From contig CAZMFT010000003.1 of NCBI GenBank assembly GCA_964565655.1, positions 9,061 through 43,505 of the forward strand: a DNA stretch of 34,445 nt. The letters are read 5' to 3'. Below are positions 1 to 8,244 of the stretch, piece by piece. Source of the DNA: an uncultured Candidatus Saccharibacteria bacterium. GTDB lineage: Bacteria > Patescibacteriota > Minisyncoccia > Phycocordibacterales > Phycocordibacteraceae. The translations under genes were made by a program, and so were the position numbers. Numbering within the stretch: the first letter of the stretch is position 1; each line of letters begins with the position of its first letter. Below the pieces are notes generated by a model, which worked only from the letters and a program-made list of their open reading frames with translations, made no database searches and was not told the DNA's origin.

Positions 1-194
1 CCCCGTACAACACCTATGAGAACAAGGGACTGCCGCCGGGGCCCATCGGCAACCCCGGCAGGGATGCGATACTCGCGGCTGCGACCCCGGCGACTACCTC
101 CGCGCTCTTCTACCTGACGGGGAACGACGGGGTGACCCGATTCGCGAAGACGTTCGAGGAGCATAAGCGGAACCGAGCTCTCTACCTCGATTAG
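1..194 (+). CDS. mltG: MltG/YceG-like endolytic transglycosylase, C-terminal fragment (5' end outside window)
   Basis: Frame from nt 3 reads PYNTYENKGLPPGPIGNPGRDAILAAATP..LFYLTGNDG..FAKTFEEH. This matches the conserved YceG C-terminal pattern (PYNTY..GLPPGPI.NPG). Stop TAG at 192-194. Confidence 0.75.
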   Translation, partial: PYNTYENKGLPPGPIGNPGRDAILAAATPATTSALFYLTGNDGVTRFAKTFEEHKRNRALYLD

Positions 195-276
195 CTGTCC
201 CGTATACCGCTACGGCGCCCGGCTCGACAGGGACGGACTTTCGTATAGGGTGTGACAAGAAACAGGAGAAGCGACC

Positions 277-585
277 ATGACTGACGAACCTCGAGTTATA
301 TCGGCGGAGAATCCGCTCGCGTCCATCGGCGACCTGACATACGTCATCGAGCACAACGCCAACTGCCCGAAGCCGTTCAAGATGCGACTCGTCGGTGCCC
401 AGGGATATCTCGACCACCTGCCGCCGGCGCCGTTCGGTGGCAAAGTCACTCGGGACATTCTCGGGCACGGGTTGACGCTCCAAGAAGCGGTCGTCGAGGC
501 CGCAAGTAAGCACGAGGAGCGCATGGCAGCCATCGCTGCGATCTTTCGTCCCGGCGCGAAGCGGAGGCTCGTCTACGCAGCATAG
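277..585 (+). CDS. hypothetical protein (102 aa)
   Basis: ATG ORF preceded by SD AGGAG (264-268). Followed by a hairpin at 594-620. The overlapping minus-strand ORFs are Arg/Ser-rich shadow frames. Confidence 0.55.
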   Translation: MTDEPRVISAENPLASIGDLTYVIEHNANCPKPFKMRLVGAQGYLDHLPPAPFGGKVTRDILGHGLTLQEAVVEAASKHEERMAAIAAIFRPGAKRRLVYAA

Positions 586-593
586 GCCTAAGC

Positions 594-620
594 CTCGACC
601 ATGACTGGTCGAGACTTTTA
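594..620 (+). terminator. putative intrinsic terminator
   Basis: CTCGACC (594-600) / GGTCGAG (607-613), a 7-bp stem with a 6-nt loop, followed by ACTTTTA. Confidence 0.4.
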
Positions 621-641
621 CGTGCATGGTATCGTCGCCGC

Positions 642-1670
642 ATGACCGTCGCAGGTAAGAAAGTATTTGTGGGGCTTTCAGGCGGAGTCGACTCTGCCGT
701 GACTGCTGCGCTCCTCACGCAAATGGGCGCGCAGGTGACCGGCGTCTTCATAAAAGGCTGGTATCCGCCCGGTATGCCCTGCACGTGGAATGCTGACCGT
801 AGAGACGCAATGCGGGTCGCGGCGCGGCTCCAGATACCCTTCAGGACGTTAGACGCGTCCGATGAGTATAAGCTCGGCGTCATCGATTACCTTTTGTCCG
901 AATACAAGGCGGGGCGGACGCCCAATCCCGACGTAATGTGCAATCGCGAGGTTAAGTTCGGTGCATTCTTCGACTACGCGATGCAGGAAGGCGCTGACCT
1001 CATTGCGACCGGACACTACGCACGGATAGAGGATGGTCATATTCTCCGCGGAGTATCAGAAGCCAAGGACCAATCCTATTTCTTGTGGGCGGTGCCGAAG
1101 GATGCGCTCAAGAAGGTCATCTTTCCGCTCGGCGCTTACGAGAAGCCGAAAGTACGTGCGCTCGCGAGTCGATTCGGCCTTCCGGTGTCCGATAAGCGCG
1201 ATAGCCAAGGCATCTGCTTCCTCGGCGACATTTCGGTCGATGCATTCTTGAAGCATGAATTTGGTACGGAGGTTGGAGAAGCAGTAGATGAGTGCGGTAC
1301 GGTCGTCGGAGAGCATGCCGGCGCCCTGCTGTATACGCTTGGTGAGCGGGTCGCGCTCCAAGACGCCCCTCCCGGCCCTTGGTTCGTCGTTGCGAAGGAT
1401 GTCGAATCGAATCGCCTTACGGTCGCGAAGTCACTAAGCAGTTCCGCGTCGCGGCCGACCATCGAACTTACCGAGATGAATCTTCAGGGCACGCTTGAAG
1501 TTGGTAAGGAGTACGAAGCGCAGTACCGGTATCATGGTCCGCGCATACAGGTGCGCGTAGAGGGTTCTCGCATCTCGGCACTAGAACCGCTTTCTGAACC
1601 GGTTGCTGCCGGCCAATCGCTCGTCATCTACGATGGTGATGAGCTCGTCGGTGGCGGAGTGATATCATAG
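642..1670 (+). CDS. mnmA: tRNA-specific 2-thiouridylase MnmA
   Basis: PP-loop GLSGGVDSAV, CNREVKFGAF, and full-length MnmA-like architecture (342 aa). TGgTATCGT -10 box at 630-635 lies only 6 nt before the ATG. Confidence 0.92.
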   Translation: MTVAGKKVFVGLSGGVDSAVTAALLTQMGAQVTGVFIKGWYPPGMPCTWNADRRDAMRVAARLQIPFRTLDASDEYKLGVIDYLLSEYKAGRTPNPDVMCNREVKFGAFFDYAMQEGADLIATGHYARIEDGHILRGVSEAKDQSYFLWAVPKDALKKVIFPLGAYEKPKVRALASRFGLPVSDKRDSQGICFLGDISVDAFLKHEFGTEVGEAVDECGTVVGEHAGALLYTLGERVALQDAPPGPWFVVAKDVESNRLTVAKSLSSSASRPTIELTEMNLQGTLEVGKEYEAQYRYHGPRIQVRVEGSRISALEPLSEPVAAGQSLVIYDGDELVGGGVIS

Positions 1671-1675
1671 GCCCA

Positions 1676-2071
1676 ATGCGGCTGTGGCCCTCGATACTCA
1701 TCGTCACGATCATCGTGATCGTCGGATTCTTGACGCTTTTCCTCGGCACGTCGCGCGCGCCGGAAAGTGGTGAGAGCGCGCCAGAGCCTCGGATACTCGC
1801 GGTGACCTACGTAAGCGACTACGAAGATACCGGATATGCGATGAGCGGGACAGCACGCGTTCCGAACCGATGCCTCGGCGTCGACGCGTCGGCAAGCTAT
1901 GACGCGGGCACGAACGCTATAATCGTTGCGCTTACGAATCAGCCCGTGGAGGGTATCTGCCTCGAAGCCGCGACCGATGTCGAATTCGAGATATTCGTCG
2001 AAGCTCCGGAAGGCGCGACGGCGCAGTTTATCGCAAACGGAGAATCCATAGCGCCGACACCCGCACCATGA
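1676..2071 (+). CDS. membrane-anchored hypothetical protein (131 aa)
   Basis: N-terminal hydrophobic helix WPSILIVTIIVIVGFLTLFLG followed by a soluble domain. Starts 5 nt after mnmA; its stop overlaps the next start (ATGA at 2068-2071). Confidence 0.55.
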   Translation: MRLWPSILIVTIIVIVGFLTLFLGTSRAPESGESAPEPRILAVTYVSDYEDTGYAMSGTARVPNRCLGVDASASYDAGTNAIIVALTNQPVEGICLEAATDVEFEIFVEAPEGATAQFIANGESIAPTPAP

Positions 2072-2910
2072 CCGTTTCAACGATAGTCAAAGCAGACGGG
2101 ACGGTAGAGCCCTTTGATCCGGGGAAGCTGGTCGCGTCCCTCACTAAGGCGGGCGCCACGATGGCATCCGCGGAGCGCATCGCGCACGTCATCCTTTCGA
2201 GCTCTGCGTCGAGCGTCATGTCAGGCGAAGTGTACCGGAAGGCGTTCTCGATGTTGCGCCGCGAAGCGAAGCCTGCGGCAGCGCGTTACGCGCTCCGGCG
2301 TGCGCTTCTTGAGCTCGGCCCGTCCGGACACCCCTTTGAAGATTTCATCGCGGAGCTCTATACCGCGGAGGGCTGGAATGTCGAGTGGCGGAAGATCGTG
2401 CAAGGCCGCTGCGTCTCTCATGAGGTCGACCTCTTCGCGACCCGCGGCGAGGAGACCATCGCCGGGGAATTGAAGTATCACAACGACGCGTTCTATAAGA
2501 CCGACGTGAAGATAGCGCTCTACGTGAAAGCGCGCCTCGATGACGTCGCTAACTGCGCGCCGGGTTCCCGTACCTGCGTCATCACGCGCGGCGTCCTCAT
2601 CACGAATACCAAGTTCACGAGGCATGCCATCGATTATGGGAAATGCTCTGGCGTGGAGCTTATCGGCTGGAATTATCCTGCGGAGGGAAACCTGTTCGAC
2701 CGCATCGTCGCGAGCGGCATCTATCCGGTGACGACGCTCACGTCGCTCAAGAAAGCGGAGAAGAATCTCCTTATCGGGGAGCGCATCGTTACTTCGAAAG
2801 CCCTCAAGGAGCGCCGCGAAGTCCTCCGGAAGATAGGCGTCCCACCGGCTCGTATCGGGAGTATACTGGCGGAGATAGAGACGCTACATAACCCCGTATC
2901 CCATGCCTGA
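2068..2910 (+). CDS. ATP-cone domain protein fused to an Mrr-like (PD-(D/E)XK) restriction-endonuclease domain
   Basis: N-terminus IVKADGTVEPFDPGKLVASLTKAG is ATP-cone-like. Central FEDFIAELYTAEGW ... HEVDLFA ... AGELKYH fits the D...E-x-K nuclease core. Confidence 0.7.
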   Translation: MTVSTIVKADGTVEPFDPGKLVASLTKAGATMASAERIAHVILSSSASSVMSGEVYRKAFSMLRREAKPAAARYALRRALLELGPSGHPFEDFIAELYTAEGWNVEWRKIVQGRCVSHEVDLFATRGEETIAGELKYHNDAFYKTDVKIALYVKARLDDVANCAPGSRTCVITRGVLITNTKFTRHAIDYGKCSGVELIGWNYPAEGNLFDRIVASGIYPVTTLTSLKKAEKNLLIGERIVTSKALKERREVLRKIGVPPARIGSILAEIETLHNPVSHA

Positions 2911-3400
2911 AATGCTCTCGCTGCCGCCTGGAGCCCCGAAGCGGTCCTACGGCGTCCCACTCCTCCTTCTCGCGCTCGTCGCTATCGTCGCGCTCACGAG
3001 CGGGTATTTCGCGCTTGGTGAGCCGCGCATAACCGACCAGGCAGCCTCGGTCGAGGCCGAGAAGAAGGGTGTCTCGGCTCCTGCGACTGTCCTCGACCAG
3101 CAGGCAGGGAAGTCGGTCACCGTGCGCGAGGTGAATATGCCGGCACCCGGCGTCTGGGTCGCGATTGCTGAGATGCGCGGAGATGTCGTCTGGCGTGTCT
3201 TAGGTGCTCGCCACGCGTTCTCCAAAGGCACTGATTTTCCTGTCGGTCTCCTTCGTCCCACTGTCCCGAACGCCGAGTATGCAGTCATCCTCTTTACGGA
3301 CGACGGTGACGGGATATTCGAGCTCCATGGTGACGCGCCGGTAGAGGACCAGGTATCCGGAGAGCGCTTCCGTGCTGATTTCAAGACAGCCGCGATTTGA
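2903..3400 (+). CDS. membrane-anchored hypothetical protein (165 aa)
   Basis: TM helix VPLLLLALVAIVALTSGYFAL followed by a soluble domain. Its start overlaps the upstream stop by 8 nt. Confidence 0.55.
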   Translation: MPEMLSLPPGAPKRSYGVPLLLLALVAIVALTSGYFALGEPRITDQAASVEAEKKGVSAPATVLDQQAGKSVTVREVNMPAPGVWVAIAEMRGDVVWRVLGARHAFSKGTDFPVGLLRPTVPNAEYAVILFTDDGDGIFELHGDAPVEDQVSGERFRADFKTAAI

Positions 3401-3430
3401 GCCCCGGACCTCGTCGCGTAGAATGGGCCT

Positions 3431-4207
3431 ATGGCGTGGAAATCTAAGACGTTCGACCCCTCCTCCTCCGAGCCCTTTACGATAAGTCGTTCGAAGATAG
3501 ACCTCTTCTCCGAGTGCAAGCGCTGCTCGTATCTCGACCTTCGCCTCGGGGTGAAGCGCCCGTCAGGACCTTCCTTCACGCTCAATAACGCGGTCGATGA
3601 GCTCTTCAAGAACGAGTTCGATGCGCACCGAGCTGCAGGATCGTCGCACCCATTGATGAAGCAGTACGGGATAGACGCCGTGCCGCTCAAAGACGATCGC
3701 CTCACGGAATGGCGCGACGCGCTGAAGCGCGGCGTAAAGACGCATCACGAGGAGACGAACCTTATCGTGCGCGGCGGCATAGACGATGTGTGGGTTGCGC
3801 CTTCGGGAGAGCTCATCGTCGTCGACTATAAGGCGACCTCGAAGAAGGAGGCGCCGACGACCGAAGATGACCTCTATCCGTCCTACAAGAAGCAGATAGA
3901 GGTGTACCAGTGGCTCTTCCGCCGGAACGGCTTCAAGGTCTCGCCGACCGGCTATTTCGTCTACGCGAACGGCCGTTCTGATAAGGAAGCGTTCGATGCG
4001 AAGCTCGAATTCGACATCAATCTGGTGCCGTACACGGGCGACGACGCATGGATAGAGCCGACCCTGCACGAGCTTAAGGCAACCATGATGTCGGATGAGA
4101 TACCGGAAGTAGGTACGGCGTTCGGCGGCGGCCCCTGCGATTTCTGCACGTACCGAGAAGCGGCCGGCAAGATCCTCCTTTCCATCCATAAGGCGAGGAA
4201 GAAATGA
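3431..4207 (+). CDS. PD-(D/E)XK nuclease family protein (Cas4/RecB-like fold) with CxxC...CxxC
   Basis: GGIDDVWV...ELIVVDYKATSKK (D ... D-x-K core). Cys pairs CKRC near the N-terminus and CDFC near the C-terminus. TAGAAT box at 3419-3424 lies 6 nt before the ATG. Confidence 0.7.
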   Translation: MAWKSKTFDPSSSEPFTISRSKIDLFSECKRCSYLDLRLGVKRPSGPSFTLNNAVDELFKNEFDAHRAAGSSHPLMKQYGIDAVPLKDDRLTEWRDALKRGVKTHHEETNLIVRGGIDDVWVAPSGELIVVDYKATSKKEAPTTEDDLYPSYKKQIEVYQWLFRRNGFKVSPTGYFVYANGRSDKEAFDAKLEFDINLVPYTGDDAWIEPTLHELKATMMSDEIPEVGTAFGGGPCDFCTYREAAGKILLSIHKARKK

Positions 4208-4210
4208 AAG

Positions 4211-4244
4211 AAGGTACATGACTGACTAGTCAGTCATGTACCTT
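4211..4244. repeat. 34-bp perfect palindrome between convergent genes (possible bidirectional terminator or protein site)
   Basis: AAGGTACATGACTGACT|AGTCAGTCATGTACCTT: the two halves are exact reverse complements. It contains TGA, TGA and TAG in three different frames on each strand. Confidence 0.6.
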
Positions 4245-4690
4245 CGGAGCCGTTGCTCCTCGACTCGCTTCACCAGCATCTTGAGCCTTCGCCGCGAGAT
4301 GGCGTCCTTCTCGAGTCTTGCGAGGAATCCGGCGTAATCCTTGCCGCTTCGACGCAGCTGTCCGAGCCGCGAGTAGAGCGTCGAACGGAGCTGATCGTCG
4401 GTCTTGCGCGAGTCGACGACGAAGAGAAAAACGTGCTCTACGACGTCTGGAGTCGCATGCTTGAGGAATCGCTCACGTCCGTATCGCGAGATCTTCACCT
4501 GTATGGGGATGCGGATCTCGTTTCCTTCGATGCAGCTGCAATACGCAAACGCGTCGATGCCCCGAATGTCCCAGAGCACGCCGGCATCTTCGATGCTTCG
4601 AAGCCACTTCGGCGTCCACGCGACACGCTCACTGGCGAGTTTCAAGAATCGCCGCTCGGCCCGGGCGCCAAGCAGCTCATGCTTAAGCAC
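4226..4690 (-). CDS. hypothetical protein (154 aa), possibly nuclease-fold
   Basis: GTG start with SD AGGAGG (complement of 4696-4701) 5 nt upstream. GIDAFAY...IPIQVK loosely resembles a D...(E/Q)xK core. Basic C-terminal tail. Confidence 0.5.
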   Translation of the reverse strand: MLKHELLGARAERRFLKLASERVAWTPKWLRSIEDAGVLWDIRGIDAFAYCSCIEGNEIRIPIQVKISRYGRERFLKHATPDVVEHVFLFVVDSRKTDDQLRSTLYSRLGQLRRSGKDYAGFLARLEKDAISRRRLKMLVKRVEEQRLRRYMTD

Positions 4691-4776
4691 GGGAACCTCC
4701 TGTCCTGTTCTTTTTCGACCCTAGCACGGCTCAGGCAAGAGCGTCCACAAAAAGCGGCTTGGTATACTCGAGTACA

Positions 4777-5040
4777 ATGAAAACAGAGTTCGCAGATAAG
4801 GTCCGGGATGTCGTCCGGAACATTCCGAGGGGGAAGACTATGTCGTATCAGGAAGTAGCGGCGCGAGCAGGGAAGCCGGGCGCTGCGCGCGCCGTGGGCA
4901 CCATCATGAAGAACAACTACCTTCCGGATGTCCCCTGCCACCGCGTCGTCCGTGCGGACGGGAAGATAGGGGAATATAACCGAGGCGGACCCGCGAAGAA
5001 GCGGGCGCTCCTCGTTTTAGAAGGGGCTATTGACAAATAG
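4777..5040 (+). CDS. MGMT-family protein (methylated-DNA--protein-cysteine methyltransferase DNA-binding/active-site domain only)
   Basis: IPRGKTMSYQEVAARAGKPGAARAVG...VPCHRVV carries the PCHRV active-site motif. I prefer ATG 4777 (TATACT box 4763-4768) over the TTG 4759 of the ORF track. Confidence 0.8.
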   Translation: MKTEFADKVRDVVRNIPRGKTMSYQEVAARAGKPGAARAVGTIMKNNYLPDVPCHRVVRADGKIGEYNRGGPAKKRALLVLEGAIDK

Positions 5041-5106
5041 CCCAAAATAGGCTATCCTTATACGCGGTGGGGTGTCGGATAGGGTCTCTCATTCAGGAGC
5101 CCAGCG

Positions 5107-5358
5107 ATGTCCAGCGTTCGTTCAGTTTTCTTCAATCTCTCACTTCTGTGTGCGATCGCGACGCTCGCGATCTGGGTGAACAGCGTATTTGCGGTCTACG
5201 ACTGCGAGCTCGCGAACAACCCGATCTGCAAGGTCATGATCTTCGGTGTGGAGTCGTCCGATGTCGCTATCGCTGGCGTGCTTATCGCCTGCTTTCTCGC
5301 GATCGTCTGGAGCGCCTTGCCGAAGCCTGCGCCTATAGCGAAGCAGCACGAGGAGTGA
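5107..5358 (+). CDS. small membrane protein (83 aa, 2 predicted TM)
   Basis: SD AGGAG at 5095-5099. Two hydrophobic segments. Followed by a strong terminator. Confidence 0.5.
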   Translation: MSSVRSVFFNLSLLCAIATLAIWVNSVFAVYDCELANNPICKVMIFGVESSDVAIAGVLIACFLAIVWSALPKPAPIAKQHEE

Positions 5359-5365
5359 TGACCAA

Positions 5366-5398
5366 GGGGCCAGCCGCATACCGCGCTGGCCCCTTTTC
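5366..5398 (+). terminator. intrinsic terminator
   Basis: GGGGCCAGC (5366-5374) / GCTGGCCCC (5385-5393), a 9-bp stem, then TTTT (5394-5397). Confidence 0.8.
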
Positions 5399-5415
5399 GT
5401 TATACTGGCCGCACT

Positions 5416-6087
5416 ATGGCGCTCGTCATCGAGGAGAGCTGGAAGGAGGCACTTAGGGGCGAGTTCGAGAAGCCCTATTTCAACCAACTCGGCGAGTTCG
5501 TGAAGGCCGAATATCTTGCCGGTCCCACGTATCCAGGCCCCAAGAATATCTTCCGTGCCTTTGAACTCGCGCCGTTCGACACGGTGAAGGTCGTCATACT
5601 CGGTCAAGACCCGTACCACGGGCAGGGGCAGGCGAACGGATTGTCGTTTGCGGTTAATGAGGGCGTACGAAACCCGCCATCCCTGCAGAACATGTTCGAG
5701 GAGATCGAGTCGGAGTTCGGCGAGCCAATGAAGAATACCAGTGGTGATCTGTCACGCTGGGCCAAACAAGGAGTGCTGCTTTTGAACGCGACACTCACTG
5801 TCCGCGCAAAGTCTCCAGGCTCGCACCAGGGGCGTGGCTGGGAGGAATTCACGGACGCAGCCGTCAAAGCGCTTTCCGATAAGCGCGAGCATCTCGTATT
5901 CATGTTGTGGGGAAGATACGCGAAGGAGAAGGGTGCGCATATAGACCGCGAGAAGCACCTGGTACTAGAATCCCCGCACCCTTCGCCCTATTCAGCGGCG
6001 TCAGGTTTTTTTGGTAACGGCCATTTCAAGCGCGCGAACGAATACCTCGCATCTCACGGCCTCACGCCTATCGATTGGCTCTCGTAA
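5416..6087 (+). CDS. ung: uracil-DNA glycosylase (family 1)
   Basis: GQDPYHGQGQANGLSFAV and HPSPYSA motifs, 223 aa. TATACT box at 5401-5406 lies 9 nt before the ATG. Confidence 0.92.
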   Translation: MALVIEESWKEALRGEFEKPYFNQLGEFVKAEYLAGPTYPGPKNIFRAFELAPFDTVKVVILGQDPYHGQGQANGLSFAVNEGVRNPPSLQNMFEEIESEFGEPMKNTSGDLSRWAKQGVLLLNATLTVRAKSPGSHQGRGWEEFTDAAVKALSDKREHLVFMLWGRYAKEKGAHIDREKHLVLESPHPSPYSAASGFFGNGHFKRANEYLASHGLTPIDWLS

Positions 6088-6134
6088 CTTCTGCACATAT
6101 TCATTTTTTCAATTGACGATACTCGGTATGACGA

Positions 6135-6168
6135 AGAGGAGATGTATCATATATGATACATCTCCTCT
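6135..6168. repeat. 34-bp perfect palindrome between convergent ung and M13 peptidase genes; core recurs at 31993-32012
   Basis: AGAGGAGATGTATCATA|TATGATACATCTCCTCT: exact reverse-complement halves. Confidence 0.6.
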
Positions 6169-6209
6169 ATATGGAGCCGTCTCTATTGCGTGATTAGCTC
6201 AGACGGTAC

Positions 6210-8180
6210 TTACCAGATTTTTGCGCGCGCGGCAGGGGAGCGATAGAGCTTGTCGCCCTTGGTGACCGCGAACGCGCGGTAGAACTCCTCCATATTGGAA
6301 GCAGGCCCGTTGATGCGGAATTTCCCTGGCGAGTGCGGGTCGTTTATGACCTGCATCTTCTGGAACTCGGGTCGCGATTTCTCGCGTTCGAATAAGGAGA
6401 ATCCGAGGAAAAATCGCTGTTCCGGCGAGAATCCGCCCGCATCCGCAGCGTCACCGGTGCGGTCTCGATACAACTTCCACGCGTCATACGCAATAGACGC
6501 GCCACCGAGGTCTGCGATGTTCTCGCCGAGAGTTAGTCTTCCGTTAACGTGAACGCCGTCTGCAACCGTGTACTCATTGAACTGTTTAACAACGACGTTT
6601 GCGCGCATCTCAAAGCGCTTACGGTCGGCCGGTGTCCACCAACTCTTTAGGTTGCCCTTCTCGTCGAACTTCGAGCCCTGATCATCGAATCCGTGCGTTA
6701 TCTCGTGTCCGATGACGGAACCTATTGAGCCGTAGTTGACCGCCATATCGCCCCTCGGATCAAAGAACGGCGGCTGAAGGATGGCGGCGGGGAAGACGAT
6801 GTCGTTTAAATTCGGTGCAAAGTACGCGTTCACCGTCTGCGGATACATGAACCATTCGCCGCGGTCTATAGGACCAGCAAGCTTTCTCACCTGACGCCTG
6901 TGTTCCTGTTCGCCAGCGCGCATCAGATTCCCGACGAGATCGTCCGGGCGAATAACAAGCCCCTTGTATGACTTCCATTTGTCCGGGTATCCGATCTTCC
7001 GGTTCATCGCGCTAAGCTTTTTCAAAGCTTTCGCCTTTGTAGCAGGTCCCATCCAATCAATACCCTTGATACGCGCAGCGTATGCAGTAAAAAGGTCATC
7101 GACCAAGGCATTCATCTTCTTTTTAGCTTCGGGAGTGAAATAGCGAGAGACGTACACCTTCCCGAGGAGTTCGCCCAGGTTCCCATTGACCGCGGAGAGC
7201 GCACGACGCCAGACGGGCTTCATCACCTTAGTCCCGGTAAGCGCCGTTCCGTAAAACGAGAAGGACGTGCGGACGAACGCTGGAGTAAGTATTCCGGCCA
7301 TATCGTTTACGAGCTGCCACTCGAGATATACCTTCCAGTCATTCAAACTGACTCTGCGGAGCATCCCAGACACTCCCTTGAGGAAATTTGGCTGCATCAC
7401 GATCACGGAGAGAGGCGCGGGAATGGCATTCAGTCGCCAATACCGCTTCCAGTCGAACCCGGCAAGGAGCGCAGAGAGTTCCTTCGCGCTTTTCTTGTGA
7501 TACGTCTTGTCTGCGTCTCGCGCGGAAACCTTATCCATGGAGTGACGTGCAAGCTCAGTCTCGACCCGCATGACGACGGCTTCGCGTCTCGTAGCCTCAT
7601 ATCTGTCATATCCAACGAGCCTGTGTATTGCGACGATGTACGGCCGGTACGCATTCCGGACGCGCTTCGATTCCGTGTCTTCGTTAAGGTAGTACTCGCG
7701 GTCAGGCATCCCAAGTCCGTCCTGCACGATATGGAGCCGGTACTTCGCGCTGTCCTTTGCGTCTTGGTCGATCATGACGCTCCATGGCGCTGTTATGCCG
7801 ATACGGTGAAGCTTACCGATGACCTTCTCTAAGTCTTCGCGATCCTTGATGCCGCGCACGAGCGTGAGCCATGGCTCTATCGGCTTCGTACCGAGCTTCG
7901 CTCGGGTTTTGAGGTCAGCGGCAGAGCGATAGAGGTCGAGAACCATCTGCTCAGGGGTGCCCGGTGCCGGGCGCTTTCCACGTGAGAGGTCGTCGACGAT
8001 GCGCCGTAGTTTCTTTTCCGTATCCAATCGAAGCTGCATAAACGTGCCCCACCGGCTTTCCGCTTTTGGTATAGAAGTTCTAGCGAGCCAGCCACCTCCG
8101 GCATACTCATAAAAATCATCTCCCGGACGTACCTTGGAGTTCATGTCGCGGGGTCGTATGACGGAGCGTGTGGATGCCAT
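6210..8180 (-). CDS. pepO: M13-family zinc metallopeptidase (PepO/neprilysin-like)
   Basis: HEITHGFD (HExxH) and ENIADLGG motifs, 656 aa. Minus-strand TATACT (complement of 8187-8192) lies 6 nt before the start. Confidence 0.9.
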   Translation of the reverse strand: MASTRSVIRPRDMNSKVRPGDDFYEYAGGGWLARTSIPKAESRWGTFMQLRLDTEKKLRRIVDDLSRGKRPAPGTPEQMVLDLYRSAADLKTRAKLGTKPIEPWLTLVRGIKDREDLEKVIGKLHRIGITAPWSVMIDQDAKDSAKYRLHIVQDGLGMPDREYYLNEDTESKRVRNAYRPYIVAIHRLVGYDRYEATRREAVVMRVETELARHSMDKVSARDADKTYHKKSAKELSALLAGFDWKRYWRLNAIPAPLSVIVMQPNFLKGVSGMLRRVSLNDWKVYLEWQLVNDMAGILTPAFVRTSFSFYGTALTGTKVMKPVWRRALSAVNGNLGELLGKVYVSRYFTPEAKKKMNALVDDLFTAYAARIKGIDWMGPATKAKALKKLSAMNRKIGYPDKWKSYKGLVIRPDDLVGNLMRAGEQEHRRQVRKLAGPIDRGEWFMYPQTVNAYFAPNLNDIVFPAAILQPPFFDPRGDMAVNYGSIGSVIGHEITHGFDDQGSKFDEKGNLKSWWTPADRKRFEMRANVVVKQFNEYTVADGVHVNGRLTLGENIADLGGASIAYDAWKLYRDRTGDAADAGGFSPEQRFFLGFSLFEREKSRPEFQKMQVINDPHSPGKFRINGPASNMEEFYRAFAVTKGDKLYRSPAARAKIW

Positions 8181-8244
8181 GCGGGCAGTATAGGCGCTAA
8201 GCGCGCTTCGCGCGATATCGGGCGTATGCTATCGTCGCTTCTAT

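Noticed and set aside
5024-5063. Alternative short hairpins (GGCTATT / AATAGCC / GGCTAT) overlapping the MGMT stop, plus a TTGACA, 17 nt spacer, TATCCT promoter-like pair
   Set aside because: The stems are only 6-7 bp with no U-tract. The attenuator idea is not supportable from sequence alone. The promoter-like pair may be real, but the 5107 ORF it would serve is itself only moderately supported.
6195-6208. TAGCTCAGACGGTA, a tRNA D-arm-like word preceded by GCGTGAT
   Set aside because: No matching D-stem 3' strand, anticodon arm or T arm follows. The sequence runs into the 3' end of the M13 peptidase gene. It is probably chance or a very old fragment.
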